Source: the human T2T-CHM13v2.0 reference genome, Homo sapiens. Taken from it: a DNA stretch of 64,000 nt. Below are positions 1-18,289 of the stretch, piece after piece. The translations under genes were made by a program, and so were the position numbers. Location of the stretch: the NCBI RefSeq assembly GCF_009914755.1, contig NC_060947.1, one strand, 5' to 3'. Every line of letters starts with the position of its first letter. The first letter of the stretch is position 1. The notes under the pieces were generated by a model, which saw nothing but the letters and a program-made list of their open reading frames with translations, was not told the origin of the DNA and ran no database searches.

Positions 1-2113
<2,113 letters not shown>

Positions 2114-2230
2114 GAAAATTACCCATCTGACAAGGGATTTATAACCAGAATATATAAGGAGCTCAAACAAATCTATAAAAAATCTAATAATCCAATAAAA
2201 AATAGGCAAAAGGTTTTAGTAGACATTTCT
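2114..2230 (+). mobile_element. Old L1 ORF2 fragment, continuation of 1-800
   Basis: ATATTTGAAA(791-800) joins GAAAATTACCCATCTGACAAGGG(2114-) as contiguous L1 sequence. Confidence 0.85.
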
Positions 2231-2304
2231 GTTTGCCTGAAACCATATCTAGCCTTAACAATGAAAGACATTTTATTAGAAATTTTATCTTGTTGCAATT
2301 TGCA

Positions 2305-2660
2305 ATGATACAGATTAACTAGGACATTATGCTAAGTAAAATAAGCCAGGCCCAGAAAGACAAATCTACACAATCTTACTTATATATGAAATCCCTAAAA
2401 GTTGAATTCATAAAAACAGAGGATATAATAGTGGTTGCCAGTGCCTGGGGATAGAGGAACTGGAGAGATTTATGTCAAATAATATGTAATTTCAGTTATA
2501 AAATCAGTAAGTTCTGGGAATCTAATGTACGGGATAGGTGGTGGTGGATGTGGTAATTAATTTGATGATAGTAATCATTACACAATGCATATGTGTATTA
2601 AATCATTATGTTTTATACCTTGAATATATACAATTTTTTGTCAATTAAATACTTAAATTT
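2305..2660 (+). mobile_element. Old L1M 3' end fragment
   Basis: GGACATTATGCTAAGTAAAATAAGCCAGG...AGAAAGACAAAT ORF2-end motif followed by an L1MA/MB-type 3' UTR. Confidence 0.7.
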
Positions 2661-2811
2661 TTAAATTTTCTTGGTTCTGCAGAGGCTTGTAGAAATTACA
2701 CCTGTCCTTTGACACTTTCTGCTCCAACATTATGTGATTTTTATTAATTTGTCTTAACTACTATAAAGAAAATAGCCTAAAAATAGACCCATTGCAAATT
2801 ACCTTGTTTAA

Positions 2812-3158
<347 letters not shown>

Positions 3159-4534
3159 CTATATATTTTAATTAGTTCAAAGTTTTAGTAGATAAATGTC
3201 TCTGGTACTGTGAAAACCTTATCCTTTCTGAGAAACGGTGGGGTGGGGGGGGGGCGGATAAAAATAAATGAAGTAAAGGTGGCACTTCTGCCTTAAATAT
3301 CTCAAAAAATATCCCACAAAAAAACCCCAAAGTCACATATCCATTCTGTGATATTCATAAGTGTGACTATGACTCCGAATGATGTTTTACTAAAGATGAC
3401 CGTATAACTATACTACTAACCTGAGTAATTGTAATAACTCCTAAAGCAAACATTGCCAAGTTTTAACTTTCACCTACTTATAACCAATTAAAAATGAAAG
3501 GAGGTAAGAAGAGTACAAAATTAAGAAGAGTAACTTTGTTTTTTTCTATTTTATCATCAACTATCTTTGCCATCAATCAGTAAGCTGAGCTTATTTCTGA
3601 AAATAAAAAACTATTCCTACAGGGTATACAATGTCCAATATCCTCCTCCTTAATGCTTAATAATCTTGCATGTGAGGAACCAATGTAATTTGTGAAAACA
3701 AATTGTTCCTCAGGGATGTTTCTACTAAATCTGAATATATTACTCATTTTTAAAGTAGCGATAAAGATTATATAAGACGTAGTTCATTATTTTTCTAACT
3801 GTTTCATGATTCCATTGGGAGGTGAGACTTAAATCATATACAGGATGTCTACCTTAAAAAGGCTGCTTTTCAAATCAAATACAATATAATTTTATTATAA
3901 AAATGTCACTCAAAGGAAAGATTTCATTTGAAAAGACAATCAATGCAATTTAAAGGAAAATATCTTGGTACGGGCTATATAGAACATCTAAATTCTGGTC
4001 AGCACTAAAATTGCCACAAGAGGTTCTGGACTCCTTTTACTAATATATTAGAAAATCATATTAGTTTTGAAAAGCAAAGACTTTAGGGAAAAAATATGCT
4101 AGGACATACAATTATGCATGCTAATATTCAAAATAAAAAAAACAATGGGGGCATGCCAATAAATAAATTAGATTACTAAGGAGCCTATAGGCGTAACTTC
4201 TTTCTCTGCCATCAAGCAACCTGTGAGAGTTGCCTTATATTTTTCTCCATTAACTTTAAAATACCCTTCATCTGCCCTGACTTTACCAACAAATTAAATT
4301 CAGCATCCAAAGTCCTCCTAGATGAAAACTCAGACTAGCTGTTCAGCCCTATCTTCTACATCTCTTCACCCACTTTCACTAAGATAAATGAAAAACCTTT
4401 CTCTTCCTAGTACACACACCATATTTTCTTCTTTATGATTTTATTTATATTAATTAACCTGGTTCAAATTCTTCTCTAAAATATCAATCTATTTATTTAT
4501 CTATCTATCTAATCTATCTGTCCACATGCATAGC

Positions 4535-4838
4535 CTAACATAATTTTTATTATATATTTATGACATAAAATGTGTTTGCTAGATGTGCACAGCATTAAAT
4601 GATTAAGTTAAACAAACATGTCCATCAACTCACATACTCATCATTTTTTATGAGAAAATGAAATCTACTCAGCAATTTTCAAATATATAATAAATTAACT
4701 AAACTCAAAATGCTGTACAATAGGTCTCCAAAACACACTCCTTTTAACTAAAACTGTATACTCTTTGATTAACATCTCCCCTTTCCTGTACATCACTCTT
4801 CCTCAGACTCTGGTAACCAGTATTCTACTCTATATTTC
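4535..4838 (-). mobile_element. Old L1MA-type 3' UTR fragment
   Basis: CATCAACTCACATACTCATCATTTTTT...CTCTGGTAACCAGTATTCTACTCT resembles L1MA 3' ends. Confidence 0.65.
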
Positions 4839-4842
4839 TTTA

Positions 4843-7612
<2,770 letters not shown>

Positions 7613-8144
7613 TTCTTTTTTTTTTTCATTTCTCCCATATATCTTTATTTTATGAAATACAAAAATCTAATTCTTCACATTTCATGTTATTGAAATATTA
7701 TCTAGCAAATAGCATAAGCTCAGCCATATTGGCAATATCTGTACTTTAACTGTACAATAAGTCTCCCACACTAAATAACTTATTTGAATACTATATTTTG
7801 TTTCTTGAAATACTCAGCAGTGTTCTCCTATGCATCTTCTAGTGGTATTTTCTAAAAAAAAAAAAAAGAAATATGTTTGTCTCCAAATTGATTTTTCTGT
7901 ATTTTGACTATGAAATATTTCATGCATGCATTTATAAAACGTGACTAAACATTTTAAAGAATAACAAAATAAGATGATGTATACCACATCCCAGCTTAAT
8001 AACTAGAACATAATGATTTCTAAAATCTACACAAGCCTATCTCTTTTCCTTACACAATCACCCCCACCCCATTGTTGAGTTAGCTGTAGTCCAAATTTTG
8101 TGTTAATCATTCTCTTGTTTTCTTTTGTTTTATCACTTTCACTA

Positions 8145-8385
8145 GTTAAGGTATGGATTGGTCACCACAGCAAAGACCAAAAATAGCAACAATTTCAACA
8201 AGATAGAAATAGGCTGATATAGTGGCTCCTTCATCACCATGCCCCTGACTCTTTCTATCTCTTCTCTGCCATTTCCAGCACTGGAACCTTGTAGTTCAAG
8301 ATGGCTCCCCCATCTCCCTCCGTCCATTCTGTACCACAGCTAGCTGCTCTAGGAAAGGAGAAAGTGGAAGGCATATGTTCTTAAA
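8145..8385. mobile_element. Ancient MLT1-type LTR fragment inside the retroinsert
   Basis: AACAAGATAGAAAT...TTCAAGATGGCTCC...AGGAAAGGAGAAAG motifs typical of MLT1J/K-class LTRs. Confidence 0.5.
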
Positions 8386-8399
8386 AATTATTCTATTAC

Positions 8400-8860
8400 T
8401 TTCCTGGATTTAAGAGTATTCAGATTTTCTATTTCAACATCAAACAATTGCATTTTGAAAAAGAAATTTATGTGTTCCATGTCAAATTTAGTAGGGTGTG
8501 GTTGTTTATAATATTTTCTTATATCTATTTAATTTCTATAGTATTTATAGTTATATGTCTTTATTTCTAACATTTTCCTTGTGCTTTTAAAACATTTTTC
8601 AAATAATCTTTCCAAACTATGTCTATTTTATTAGTCTTACAATTCTTGTCAAAGAACCAACTTCTGACTCCTTTCACCCTCTCTATTTAATGTATATTTC
8701 ACATTATTTTTAATAGTTTTCTTTATTACCTTGTTCTGTGTACTTTATTGGTGTATTTATGCTCTTGCTCTTTTGCTAATTTTTAAAATCTGACCTTTAC
8801 CTTATTAGTTTTGAGTTTTTCCTCTCTTCCAAAGTAAGGATTTAAGGATATGAATTTGCT
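8400..8860 (-). mobile_element. Ancient L1M ORF2 fragment inside the retroinsert
   Basis: TTCAGATTTTCTATTTC, GTTGTTTATAATATTTTCTT, TCAAAGAACCAACTTCTG are diverged antisense ORF2 motifs. Confidence 0.65.
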
Positions 8861-8862
8861 TC

Positions 8863-9405
8863 TTCTTCTAGATTTGCTAGTTTATTTACATAGAAGCATT
8901 TATAGTATTCTCTGATGGTAGTTTGTATTTCTGTGGAATCAATGTTGATATCCCCTTTAACATTCTTTATTGCATCTATTTCATTCTCCTCTCTTTTCTC
9001 CTTTATTAGTCTTGCTAGTGGTCTATCTATTTTGTTGATTGTTTTCAAAAAACTAGCTCCTGAATTCATTGATTCATTGATTTTTTGAAGAGTTTTTCCT
9101 GTCTCCATCTCCTTCAGTTCTGATCTGATCTTAGTTATTTCTTGTCTTCTGCTCACTTTTGAGTTTGTTTGCTCTTGCTTCTCTAGTTCTTTTAATTGTG
9201 ATGTTAGGGTGTCGATTTTAGATCTTTCCTGCTTTCTCTTGTGGGCATTTAGTGCTATACATTTCACTCTACACACTGCTTTAAATGTGTCCCAGAGATT
9301 CTGGTACGTTGTGTGTTTGTTCTCATTGGTTTCAAAGAACATCTTTATTCCTGCCTTAATTTCATTATTCACCCAGTAGTCATTAAGGAGCAGGTTGTTC
9401 AGTTT
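8863..9405 (-). mobile_element. L1PA7/8-like element, ORF2 middle part (continuation)
   Basis: ORF 8842-9372 ([18 protein letters not shown]...[13 protein letters not shown]); contiguous with 7612 across the insert. Confidence 0.93.
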
Positions 9406-9410
9406 TTTTT

Positions 9411-10303
9411 GCTGGCAAGGTGGCCGAATAGGAACAGCTCCAGTCTGCAGCTCCCAGTGAGATCAACACAGAAGGCAGGTGATTTCTGCATTTCCAACTG
9501 TGATACCTGGTTCATCTCATTGGGACTGGTTGGACAGTGAGTGCAGACCACAGAGGGTGAGCTGAAGCAGGGTGGGGAGTTGCCTCACCAGGGAAGTGCA
9601 CGGTGTCAGGAGATCTCCCTCCCCTAGCCAAGGGAAGCTGTGAGAGACTGTACCGGGAGGAATGGTGCACTCCAGCCCAGATACTGTGCTTTTCCCACGG
9701 TCTTCACAACAGGCAGACCAGGAGAGTCCCTCTGGTACCTATGCCACCAGGGCCCTGGGTTTCAGGCACAAAACTGGGTGGCCATTTGGGCAGACACTGA
9801 ACTAGTTGCAGGAGTTTTTTTTTTTTTCATACCCCAGTGGCTCCTGGAATGCCAGCAAGACAGAACCATTCACTCTCCCGGAAAGGGGGCTGAAGCCAGG
9901 GAGCCAAGTGGTCTGGCTCGTCAGGTCCCACCCCCATGGAGCCCAGCAAGCTAAGATCCATTGGCTTGAAATTCTCACTGCCAGCACAGCAGTCTGAGCT
10001 CGACCTGGGATGCTTGAGCTTGGTAGAGGCAGAGGCGTCTGCCACTGCTGAGGCTTGAGTAAGCGGTTTTCCCCTCACAGTGTTAACAAAGCCACTGGGA
10101 AGTTCGAAATGGGTGGAGCCCACCACAGCTCAGCAAGGCCACTGTGACCAGACTGCCTCTCCAGACTCCTCCTCTCTGGGCAGGGCATCCCTGAAAAAAA
10201 GGCAGCAGCCCCAATCAGGGACTTATAGGTAAAACCCCCATCTCCCTGGGACAGAGCACCTGGAAGAGGGGGTGGCTGTGGGCACAACTTCAACAGACTT
10301 AAA
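9411..10303 (+). mobile_element. Inverted 5' UTR of the same L1PA7/8-like element (twin priming)
   Basis: Starts at the L1 5' terminus GCTGGCAAGGTGGCCGAATAGGAACAGCTCC, opposite in orientation to and abutting the ORF2 part. Confidence 0.88.
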
Positions 10304-10304
10304 A

Positions 10305-10740
10305 ATATTCCACTGGTAAACTCAGTCATAATATGTAATTTTTTTTATTATGCCACTGAATTCCATTTGTGAGTGTATTGCTGAAAACTTTTGCATTGAT
10401 ATTAATAATAATATATTCTTCTGTAGTTTTTTTTCTCGCAGTCTTTTTATTTGGCTTTGGTATCAGGCTAATTGTGTGCTCATATAATTAGTAAAGAATT
10501 TTTTCTTCCTCTTCAATTTTTTGAAAGATTTTAAAGAAGGTTGGTGCTAATTGTTCTTTAAATGTTTTGTTGAACTCACCAGTGAAGCCATCTGATCTTG
10601 AGATTTACTTTCTTGGGAGGTTTTTGATTACTGTTATAATCTTCTTGCTTGTATATTCAAATTTTGTATTTTCATGATTGAGTTTTGATAGATTGTGTTT
10701 CAAGAGATTTCTATATTTCCTCTAGGTTATCCAATGTGTT
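10305..10740 (-). mobile_element. Inverted 5' segment of an old L1MB-like element
   Basis: Diverged antisense ORF2 whose outer end maps next to the start of the plus-strand segment at 10741. Confidence 0.7.
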
Positions 10741-10846
10741 CCTAGAACACAGGCATGGTTTCACAAAGGAAAACCAATCAGTACATTAATGGAATAAAAA
10801 TGAAAAAAACTACATGATTATCTCAAATGAGGCTGAAAAAGTATTT
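10741..10846 (+). mobile_element. L1MB-like ORF2 segment, left of nested insertion
   Basis: TACATGATTATCTCAAATGAGGCTGAAAAAGTATTT (HMIIS-DAEKAF region); continues at 13171. Confidence 0.75.
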
Positions 10847-10859
10847 TTTGAAGTTTGAA

Positions 10860-11615
10860 ACATTTTATTTATTTTTTCTCTTCTTGAAAATCGTTGTAAG
10901 TACATGGTAGGTGTATATATTTATGGAAAACATGAGATGTTTTAATTATGTCATGTAAAATAAACACATAATGGAGGATGGGGTGTCCATTCCCTCAAGC
11001 ATTTATCCATTGATTTACAAACAATCCAATTACACTTGAGGTTATTTTAAAATTTATAATTAAGTAATTATTTATTATAATCACTCTATTGTGCTATTGA
11101 ATAGTATGCCTCATTAATTCTTTCTATTTTTTTGTACCCATTAACCATCCCCACCTCAACCTCATCCCCACCCTACCCTTCCCAGCCTCTAGTAACCATC
11201 CTTCTACTCTTTGTGCTTATGAATTCAATTGTTTTGAGTTTTAGATCCCACAAATAAGTGAGAATATGCAATGCTTATCTTTCTATGCCTGGCTTATTTC
11301 ACATAATAATTACCAGTTCCATCCATGTTGCTGCAAATGACTGGATCACATTCTTTTTTATGTCTGAGTAGTACTCCATTGTGTATATGTACATTTTCTT
11401 TATTCATTGCCCTGTTGATGGACACTTAGGATGCTTCCCAATCTTGGCTATGGTGAACAGTGCTGCAACAAACATGAGAGTGCAGATATCTCTTTAACAT
11501 GCTAATTGTCTTTCTTTTGGATATATATGCAGCAGCAGGATTGTGTGATCATATAATACCTCAATTTTTAGTTTCTTGAAAAACCTTCAAACTGTTCTCA
11601 GTAGTGGTTGTAAAA
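10860..11615 (-). mobile_element. L1MA1-3-like element, 3' end
   Basis: GTAGGTGTATATATTTATGG...TCCCTCAAGCATTTATCC...ACAATCCAATTACAC 3' UTR signature. Confidence 0.85.
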
Positions 11616-11616
11616 T

Positions 11617-11816
11617 GCATTCTATCTCTCCTGCCTCCATGTAACACGTGTCTTGCTTCCCCTTTGACCTTTCACCATGATTGTAAGTTTTCTGAGGCCT
11701 CCCAGACATGTTTCCTGTAAATCCTGTGGAACTGGGAGGTCAATTAAACCTCTTTTCTTCATAAATTACCCAGTCTCAGGTAGTTTTTTATAGCAATAAG
11801 AGAACAGACTAATATA
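11617..11816 (+). mobile_element. MSTA-like MaLR LTR, 3' half only
   Basis: CCATGATTGTAAGTTTTCTGAGGCCTCCC...CAATTAAACCTCTTTTCTTCATAAATTACCCAGTCTCAGG...CAGACTAATATA. Confidence 0.88.
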
Positions 11817-13170
11817 CTTTCCTTCTTTTTTTAATGGCAGAGGAGCCCTACTCCATAGCCACCACCATTCCTGGCCATGAGGAGTACTGCCAGACTGCCA
11901 AGGATGTTCCCTTAAGAATCAAAGTGTCATATGTCAGCTTGTCATGAATACTGCTTGACCTGATACTCACTCTTTAGGGTAGTGGGCTCCCTGCTGGTCC
12001 AGGATAGGTCCAAAAATACCATCAAAGCGTCAAGTTCTTGAGATGGGGACCCCAAGACCCAGCTTGGTGTTCTATGTCCCTGTAGCTTTGCTTGTATCTA
12101 AGGTAAAAGACAGAGTCCCTTTTACTTTTTCCTCTGGAGTTTTGCCCCATAGCCACCACATCTGGTAATGTGCTTAGTCTCATCTAAAGCCAGTAAGTCT
12201 CAGAGGCTCACCCAAGGCCTTCGATGTAGTACCTGTGTCTCGCTGCTGGTTATTCAGGGCCCATGGGCTCTTCGGTTAGCAGGCGACAAATACTGACAGC
12301 ACTGTGTCCTCCCCTTTAAGGCAGTTTGTTCTCTTCTGACACAGGATATGTCTGGATCTGTCCGGGAGCTAGGGCCTGGAATGGAGGGCCTCATGACTCT
12401 AAGTGGTGCCCTATCTTGCTGTGGCTGAGCTGGTATCTAATATGCAGGATAAAGTCCTCTCCACTCTTTCCTCTCCTCTCAAGTAGAAAAATGGAATCTC
12501 TTTTAGATTAGTGAGTTTTGCAGACTGAGGTTAGGGGAGGGATGGCGCCAGCACTCCTTTGGCTGCCCCAGCTGGTATCTCAGTATGTCGCCTGCATCCC
12601 CAGTCCACTGGCTCTGGGCCAAGTTCAGCACTAGGCCTTGCCTAAGAGCTGCAATACTTATAGCCTAGACTGTCTATCAAGTTTACTTGGAGACACAGAG
12701 TGTTGTAGACCTTGGTGGCAAGGTATGTGGGCACTCAAGTTCGAACCACTTGGATCTGCAATTTCTCTCTTGCTAGGGCTGGTTTAAATGCTCCCTCTGT
12801 AGGGAGGCGTTAGCTGAGTTTGATCCATTTTATCTTTCTGTTTTAACAGGACAGCGCTGAGTTCAATGTCTCACAATTGCTGTGTTCTTCCTCCCCCAGT
12901 GCCCAGAAATATGCTCCACACCAAACTGCAGCTGCAGGAGGTGGGGGACAGATGCTGTCAGCAACTCAGGGCTGCTTTTTCCATCTCCTCAGTCTCTCTT
13001 TAGGTGATATAAAGTTAAAATAAGATACTATTAGTACTCTCCTGATTTGGGGGTTTTATGAAGGTGTGTTTTTTTTTTTTTCTTTCTGTGTATATAGTTA
13101 TTAACTTGGTGTTCTTGTATGGGGAATGATCAATGGAGATTTCTATTCTGCTGTCTTGCTCCACCCTCTC
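11817..13170 (-). mobile_element. L1MA-like 5' UTR (same element as 10860-11615)
   Basis: Homologous to the 5' UTR at 36600-37980; ends TTCTATTCTGCTGTCTTGCTCCACC; degenerate TSD 10834-10846 / 13171-13183. Confidence 0.8.
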
Positions 13171-15255
13171 TGACAAAATATTTAACAAAATTTACCACCT
13201 GTTCTTATGGAAAACACTAATTAAACTAGGAATAGAAAGAAACCGCATCATGATAAAGTCATATATGAAAACCCCACAGCTAATATCATACTTATTGGTG
13301 AAAGACTGAAATCTTCTCCCATATATTCAGGAAAAAGAAGGATACCTTGCCACTTCTATTCAACATAAGTATTGGAAGTTCTAGCGAGAACAATTGGACA
13401 GGAAAAAAGAAATAAAGATACCCAAATGGGAAAAGAAAAAGTAAAATGATCTGTTTCCTAATAACATAATTCTATATGTAAAGAACTATAAATACTGCAC
13501 AGTAAAAGTGTACAAAGATAATAAATTCAGCAAAGTTGCAGGATAAAAAATTAACATGCAAAATCAGTTGCATTTATATACACAAAAAAGGAACGGCTTA
13601 AAAAGTAAATTAACAAAACAAAATGATAATACTACCCAAAGCAACCTGCAGATTTAATGCAATCTCTATCAAAATCCCAGTGTCATTTTTGCAGAAATAG
13701 AAAAATATTGAAAATGCATTTGAAATACCAAGAGACCCCAAGTAGCCAAAACAATCTTGAATGAGGCATCCAAATTTGGAGGACTTGTCCATGTCCTGAT
13801 TGTGAAACATACTAAATAGCTGCAGTGGTTTAAATAGTGCAGTACTGGCATAAGAGCAGACATATAAACCAATGGAATATAAAATATTTTTTATTCCCCA
13901 AATAAATCCTTACATATGAGGCAATTGATTTTTGACAAAGGTGCCGAAAACATTCAATAGAGAAAGAAGTATCATTTCAACAAATGGAAGTAGGAAAACT
14001 GGATATCCACGTTCAAAACAATGAAGGTGGACCCATACCTTACATCATATATTAATATGAAATTTACTTCAACATGCATCAAAGACCTAAACATAAGAGC
14101 TAAAACTATAAAACTCTTAGAAGAAATCATAGAAGAAAATTTTCATGACACTGGATTTGGTGATGAGTTTTGATGTTAACATCAAAAATAGAAACAACAA
14201 ATTAAAAAATAGATGAATTGGACTTCATTAAAACTAAAGGCTTTTGTGCAACAAAGGATGCTATTGAAATAGTGAAAAGACAACCCACATAATGGCATTA
14301 ATATGGGCAAATCAAATATCTGATAAAGGCTTTATATTAAGAATATATAATTAATTCCTACAACTCCACAGTAAAAATCAAAAATTCAAAAATATGAAAA
14401 GTACTTGAGTAGGCATTTATCCAAAGAAGATATGCAAATGACCAGTTAGCACATGAAATGGTGCTCAACATTATATCATTAGAGAAATGCAAATCAAATT
14501 TGCAATGAGTTAGCATGTGACACATATCACAATGACTATCCTCAAGAAACATGGAATATAAAAATTATTGGTAAAGATATGGAGAAACTGAAACACTTGT
14601 TCATTCTTGGTATGAATGTAAAATGGTATGTAGCTGCTACAGAAAGCAGTATGGTGGATATCCAAAAATATAAATATAGAATTATCACATAATCAGGAAT
14701 TCTACTTCTAGATACATACTACAAAAAAGACTTAAAGCAGGGACTCAAACAAATACTTACATACCAATTTTTACAGCAGCATTATTTACAATAGCCAAAA
14801 GATGGAAACAACCTAAATGACTGTCACAGATAAATGGATAAACAAATGTAGTATATACATACAACAGAACACTGTTGAGCCCTAGAAGGTAATGAAACTC
14901 TGATACATGGTACAATATGGATGCACCTTGAAAACATTCTACATTAAATAAGTCAGAAGCAAATTGACAAATATTGTATAATTATTCTTATAAGAGGTAC
15001 TCAGAATTGGCAATTCAGAGAATCAGAAAGTAAAACAGATGTCACCAGAGGCTTGGCAGATGGGGCAGTGGGTACTTATTGATTAGTGGGTTCAGAGTTT
15101 TAGTTTGAGATGTTGGAAATGGTTTGGAAATGAATAGTGTTCACGATTGCACAACATTGTGAACATACTGATGCCACTGAATTTGTGCTCTTATAAACAG
15201 TTAATATAGTAAGTTTTATGTTTTATATGTTTTACTACAATAAAAAATTAAGTAT
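13171..15255 (+). mobile_element. L1MB-like ORF2 plus 3' UTR
   Basis: Diverged sense ORF2 (CCCACAGCTAATATCATACTT, TTCTATTCAACATAAGTATTGGAAGTTCTAGC) ending TTTACTACAATAAAAAATT. Confidence 0.88.
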
Positions 15256-15727
15256 AAAACATTTTGAAAATTTGCTAGGTGAGATAAATTAATTTCCATT
15301 ATTCTTATTACAACTAAGTATTTTTCATATGTTCATGTCTGTGCCAATGGCAAATATTCTATTGATGTGTTCACCCTTCTTTTACTGATTTGTATAGGCT
15401 TTTTAAACATTAAAGTTAAGTTATTAGTGTGTAAAGATAAAATTGTTCATGCTCAATTATTTTCTGTGTATCTGTCTAGTCCCAGCACAACTTCTGAAAT
15501 GTCTTACTTATTGTAGAGTGTTAATAAATTTTAATAGAGCTTGCCTTTATTATTTTTTTCAAAAATGTTTTGACTATTCTTTCTCTTACGTATCCTTTTA
15601 GATCAATTTTGGGGTGATGTAAAATTTCAAACATCACCTGGGAATTTTGACTTATTTGATTTATTTTTTGACTTTTTGGATTTACAGCTTCAATGCTGTA
15701 AATTATTTTGGAAATAAATCATATCTT

Positions 15728-16323
15728 TTTTATTAGTTTTCTTTTGCTGCTGTTAATTACCACAATTGGACAGTTTACAAAAGCAAGAATTTTTTATTTT
15801 ACAGTTCGATAGGTCAGAAGTCTGAAGCAGATTTCACTGGGCTAAAAGCCAGATTCTGAGAGGGCTATATTCCTTTCTGGGTACTGTAGGAGAGGATTAA
15901 TATTCTTGCTCATTTTGATTGTTGGGAGAATCCCATCCCTTGTGGTTTTTGGATTGAGGTTTCCATTTTCTTATGGGATGTTTGCTAGGGAAAACTTTCC
16001 AGCTTCTAGAGCCTGCCGCATTCCTTGGCTTGTGGCCCCTTTTCTCCACCTTCAAAGCCATCAATAGCTGCTTGAGTCCTTCTCATATAGCATTTACATG
16101 ACTTATGCTTCTGTCTTTCTCCTCCAATTTTAAGAGCACATGAGATTACACTGTGCCTACCAAGATAGTCTCATGTAAGCCCCCTCTTTTAAGGTTAGCT
16201 GATTGCACACCTTAATTCCATATGCAATCTTCAATCTTTTTTACCATGTAAGGTAATATATTCACAGGTTCCAGGGATTAAAATATGGACATAATGGAGG
16301 GGGGCATTATTCTGCCTAGCACA
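15728..16323 (-). mobile_element. MLT1D/E-like MaLR solo LTR
   Basis: TATTAGTTTTC...GGTCAGAAGTCTGA...GGGCATTATTCTGCCTAGCACA termini. Confidence 0.8.
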
Positions 16324-18225
16324 TCTTTATAATATTACTCTTCCTATAAAAGAAGACAAAATATTTCACCATATACTTTAATTCAGTATTTTGTTTTGTT
16401 TTTTAGTGTTTTGTTTTGCTTTATATTTTTGTAGTTTTCCTCTCAAGGGGACTTTATGTTTTAGGCTGCCTGTACTTTTCTCTTTTTTACAGAAAATGTT
16501 TTTTGAGTTTTCATAGTGCCTAATATAAAATACTCACTAAATGTTTGTTAAATGAATGAATTTTGCTTTCTATGTGGTGATTGATGATATATACCAAAAA
16601 TATTATGTGTACATTCATTTTACATTCAATCACTTTACTAAATTTTTATATATTCCACATACATTCTCTCAGGTATTTTAAAAAGCCCTAAGCCACTTCC
16701 CAGTGTCTCCCAGCAATCTAGTGCATTTGTGTTGAATTAAAATTTAACATTTGTCTGCATACATGTCATTTTCTCTGACACTGAATGAACATAATGTATG
16801 AAAAACTATGATCTCATACATGCACTACTACCAGAGTTTACCAGTTTCTTATACTGTGTTCATCATTTAACTTGTTGAGAATAAACCTTTCAGAAAGCAA
16901 CCTGCTAACTCAGTTCCTGCCGTTATTTATTCTGATAAGGGAGAAATTTGGGTGTTGGTGTGAAAGGGGGAGTGCCATTTTCTGATCAACTAGAAAACGG
17001 TCACATTTCCCTTAAAAGATGGCTAATGCAAATTTCTAGTTGGGAGAAATTCTACATTCTTAATAGACAGGCTACAAGGAGAGGAAAAATTATTCCTTTT
17101 AGTTTTTCAAGTGTATAGTTCTGTAGCATTTCAAGCATAAAATATGTGTCATTCACTGATGGCTATTCTTGGTCCAGAAATTAAAATGGTACTGGAAAAT
17201 CTTCCCCAGACATGGCTTTATGGAGACTTTAAGTACGATCTTTAACTAATGTTATGAGTTTGCACCTTTATCTGCATTGGTATACATATTTTAATAAGAG
17301 GTTGGGAGAAGCAATGTATAGCTTTGCTAATCAAATTCCATTTTAAAACAAAAATAGATAAATATTAGTGATTTAACTGTGCACTCATTTTCTGATAAGA
17401 TCTACAAATGATAATGTTTATCATTCAAAGGTAAATGTAGAAAACATATCACATAAGATTCAAAATCAATAAAGATTTTAAGAAAAATATATTGGTGTCT
17501 GTGTCTCTGTGTCAATTTATGAAGAGTGAAAGACATTCTATAGTTTTTGTATTTCCAAATGAACAATTCTTATAACTTTACAGCCTCTTATTAAGTCAAG
17601 AGTAGGTTGGGCAACTCAGTGACTTTCTTCCCTTTAGCAAATGACACAGCTCTAAGTGGAACACAAATGTATATTGAGAGTGGTGGGGAAAGTTAGACAA
17701 TGTTTTGTTAAATGACACTTTATTTCAGAATTATTGGGTCTCTGATGATTCAAAGAAGCATTACATATAGTAATGTATAATTACTAAATCTGCTAGTCAT
17801 GAATATCAAATACTATGTATACGTCCATATTTTGACTGGTATCCAGCGAATATTTACTATATGAGGTGATACGTGCTATAACAAAGGCATGCAAAATAAA
17901 AGACATCCAAGAGATAAAATCGCTAACATTTATTTTTTTGCTATGTGCACTTTTTGGCAATTATTTTTACCAGTAACCTAACATGAATGTAGCAACTAAT
18001 ATTTAAATAACATACTTTACAAAACACTTTTTAACATATATACTCATTTAACTATTTGTGTGACTTTGAAATATTTTTTCCCAGAGGAGATGATGGTTTT
18101 AATCAATAAGAAGTAAGATTTTTTCTTTCTCTCTCACAATGTTAGAACATTTATGAAATTGCAGTCCAAATACATAGGTGTATTGTGACCATATAATATT
18201 TGAAAAATAATGGTCTTTTGCTGTT

Positions 18226-18257
18226 GGTGTTGTGTGTGTGTGTGTGTGTGTGTGTGT
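18226..18257. repeat. (TG)n microsatellite
   Basis: Directly visible GT/TG run. Confidence 0.95.
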
Positions 18258-18289
18258 TTTATCTCACCATGTATATTGTTCAGTTACAC

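Larger units (their letters stand above)
7613..8862 (-). pseudogene. Retrotransposed polyadenylated non-coding sequence (orphan 3' transduction or 5'-truncated retrocopy) inserted in the L1PA7
   Basis: TSD TTCTTCTAGATTTTCT (7597-7612) / TTCTTCTAGATTTGCT (8863-8878); T-tract 7613-7626; TTTATT (AATAAA on minus) at 7644-7649; host L1 resumes exactly at the breakpoint. Confidence 0.85.

Noticed and set aside
3236-3257. G-run able to form a G-quadruplex
   Set aside because: Isolated homopolymer with no promoter or CpG-island context
16925-17420. Several GATA (TGATAA) motifs
   Set aside because: Density is compatible with chance in AT-rich DNA
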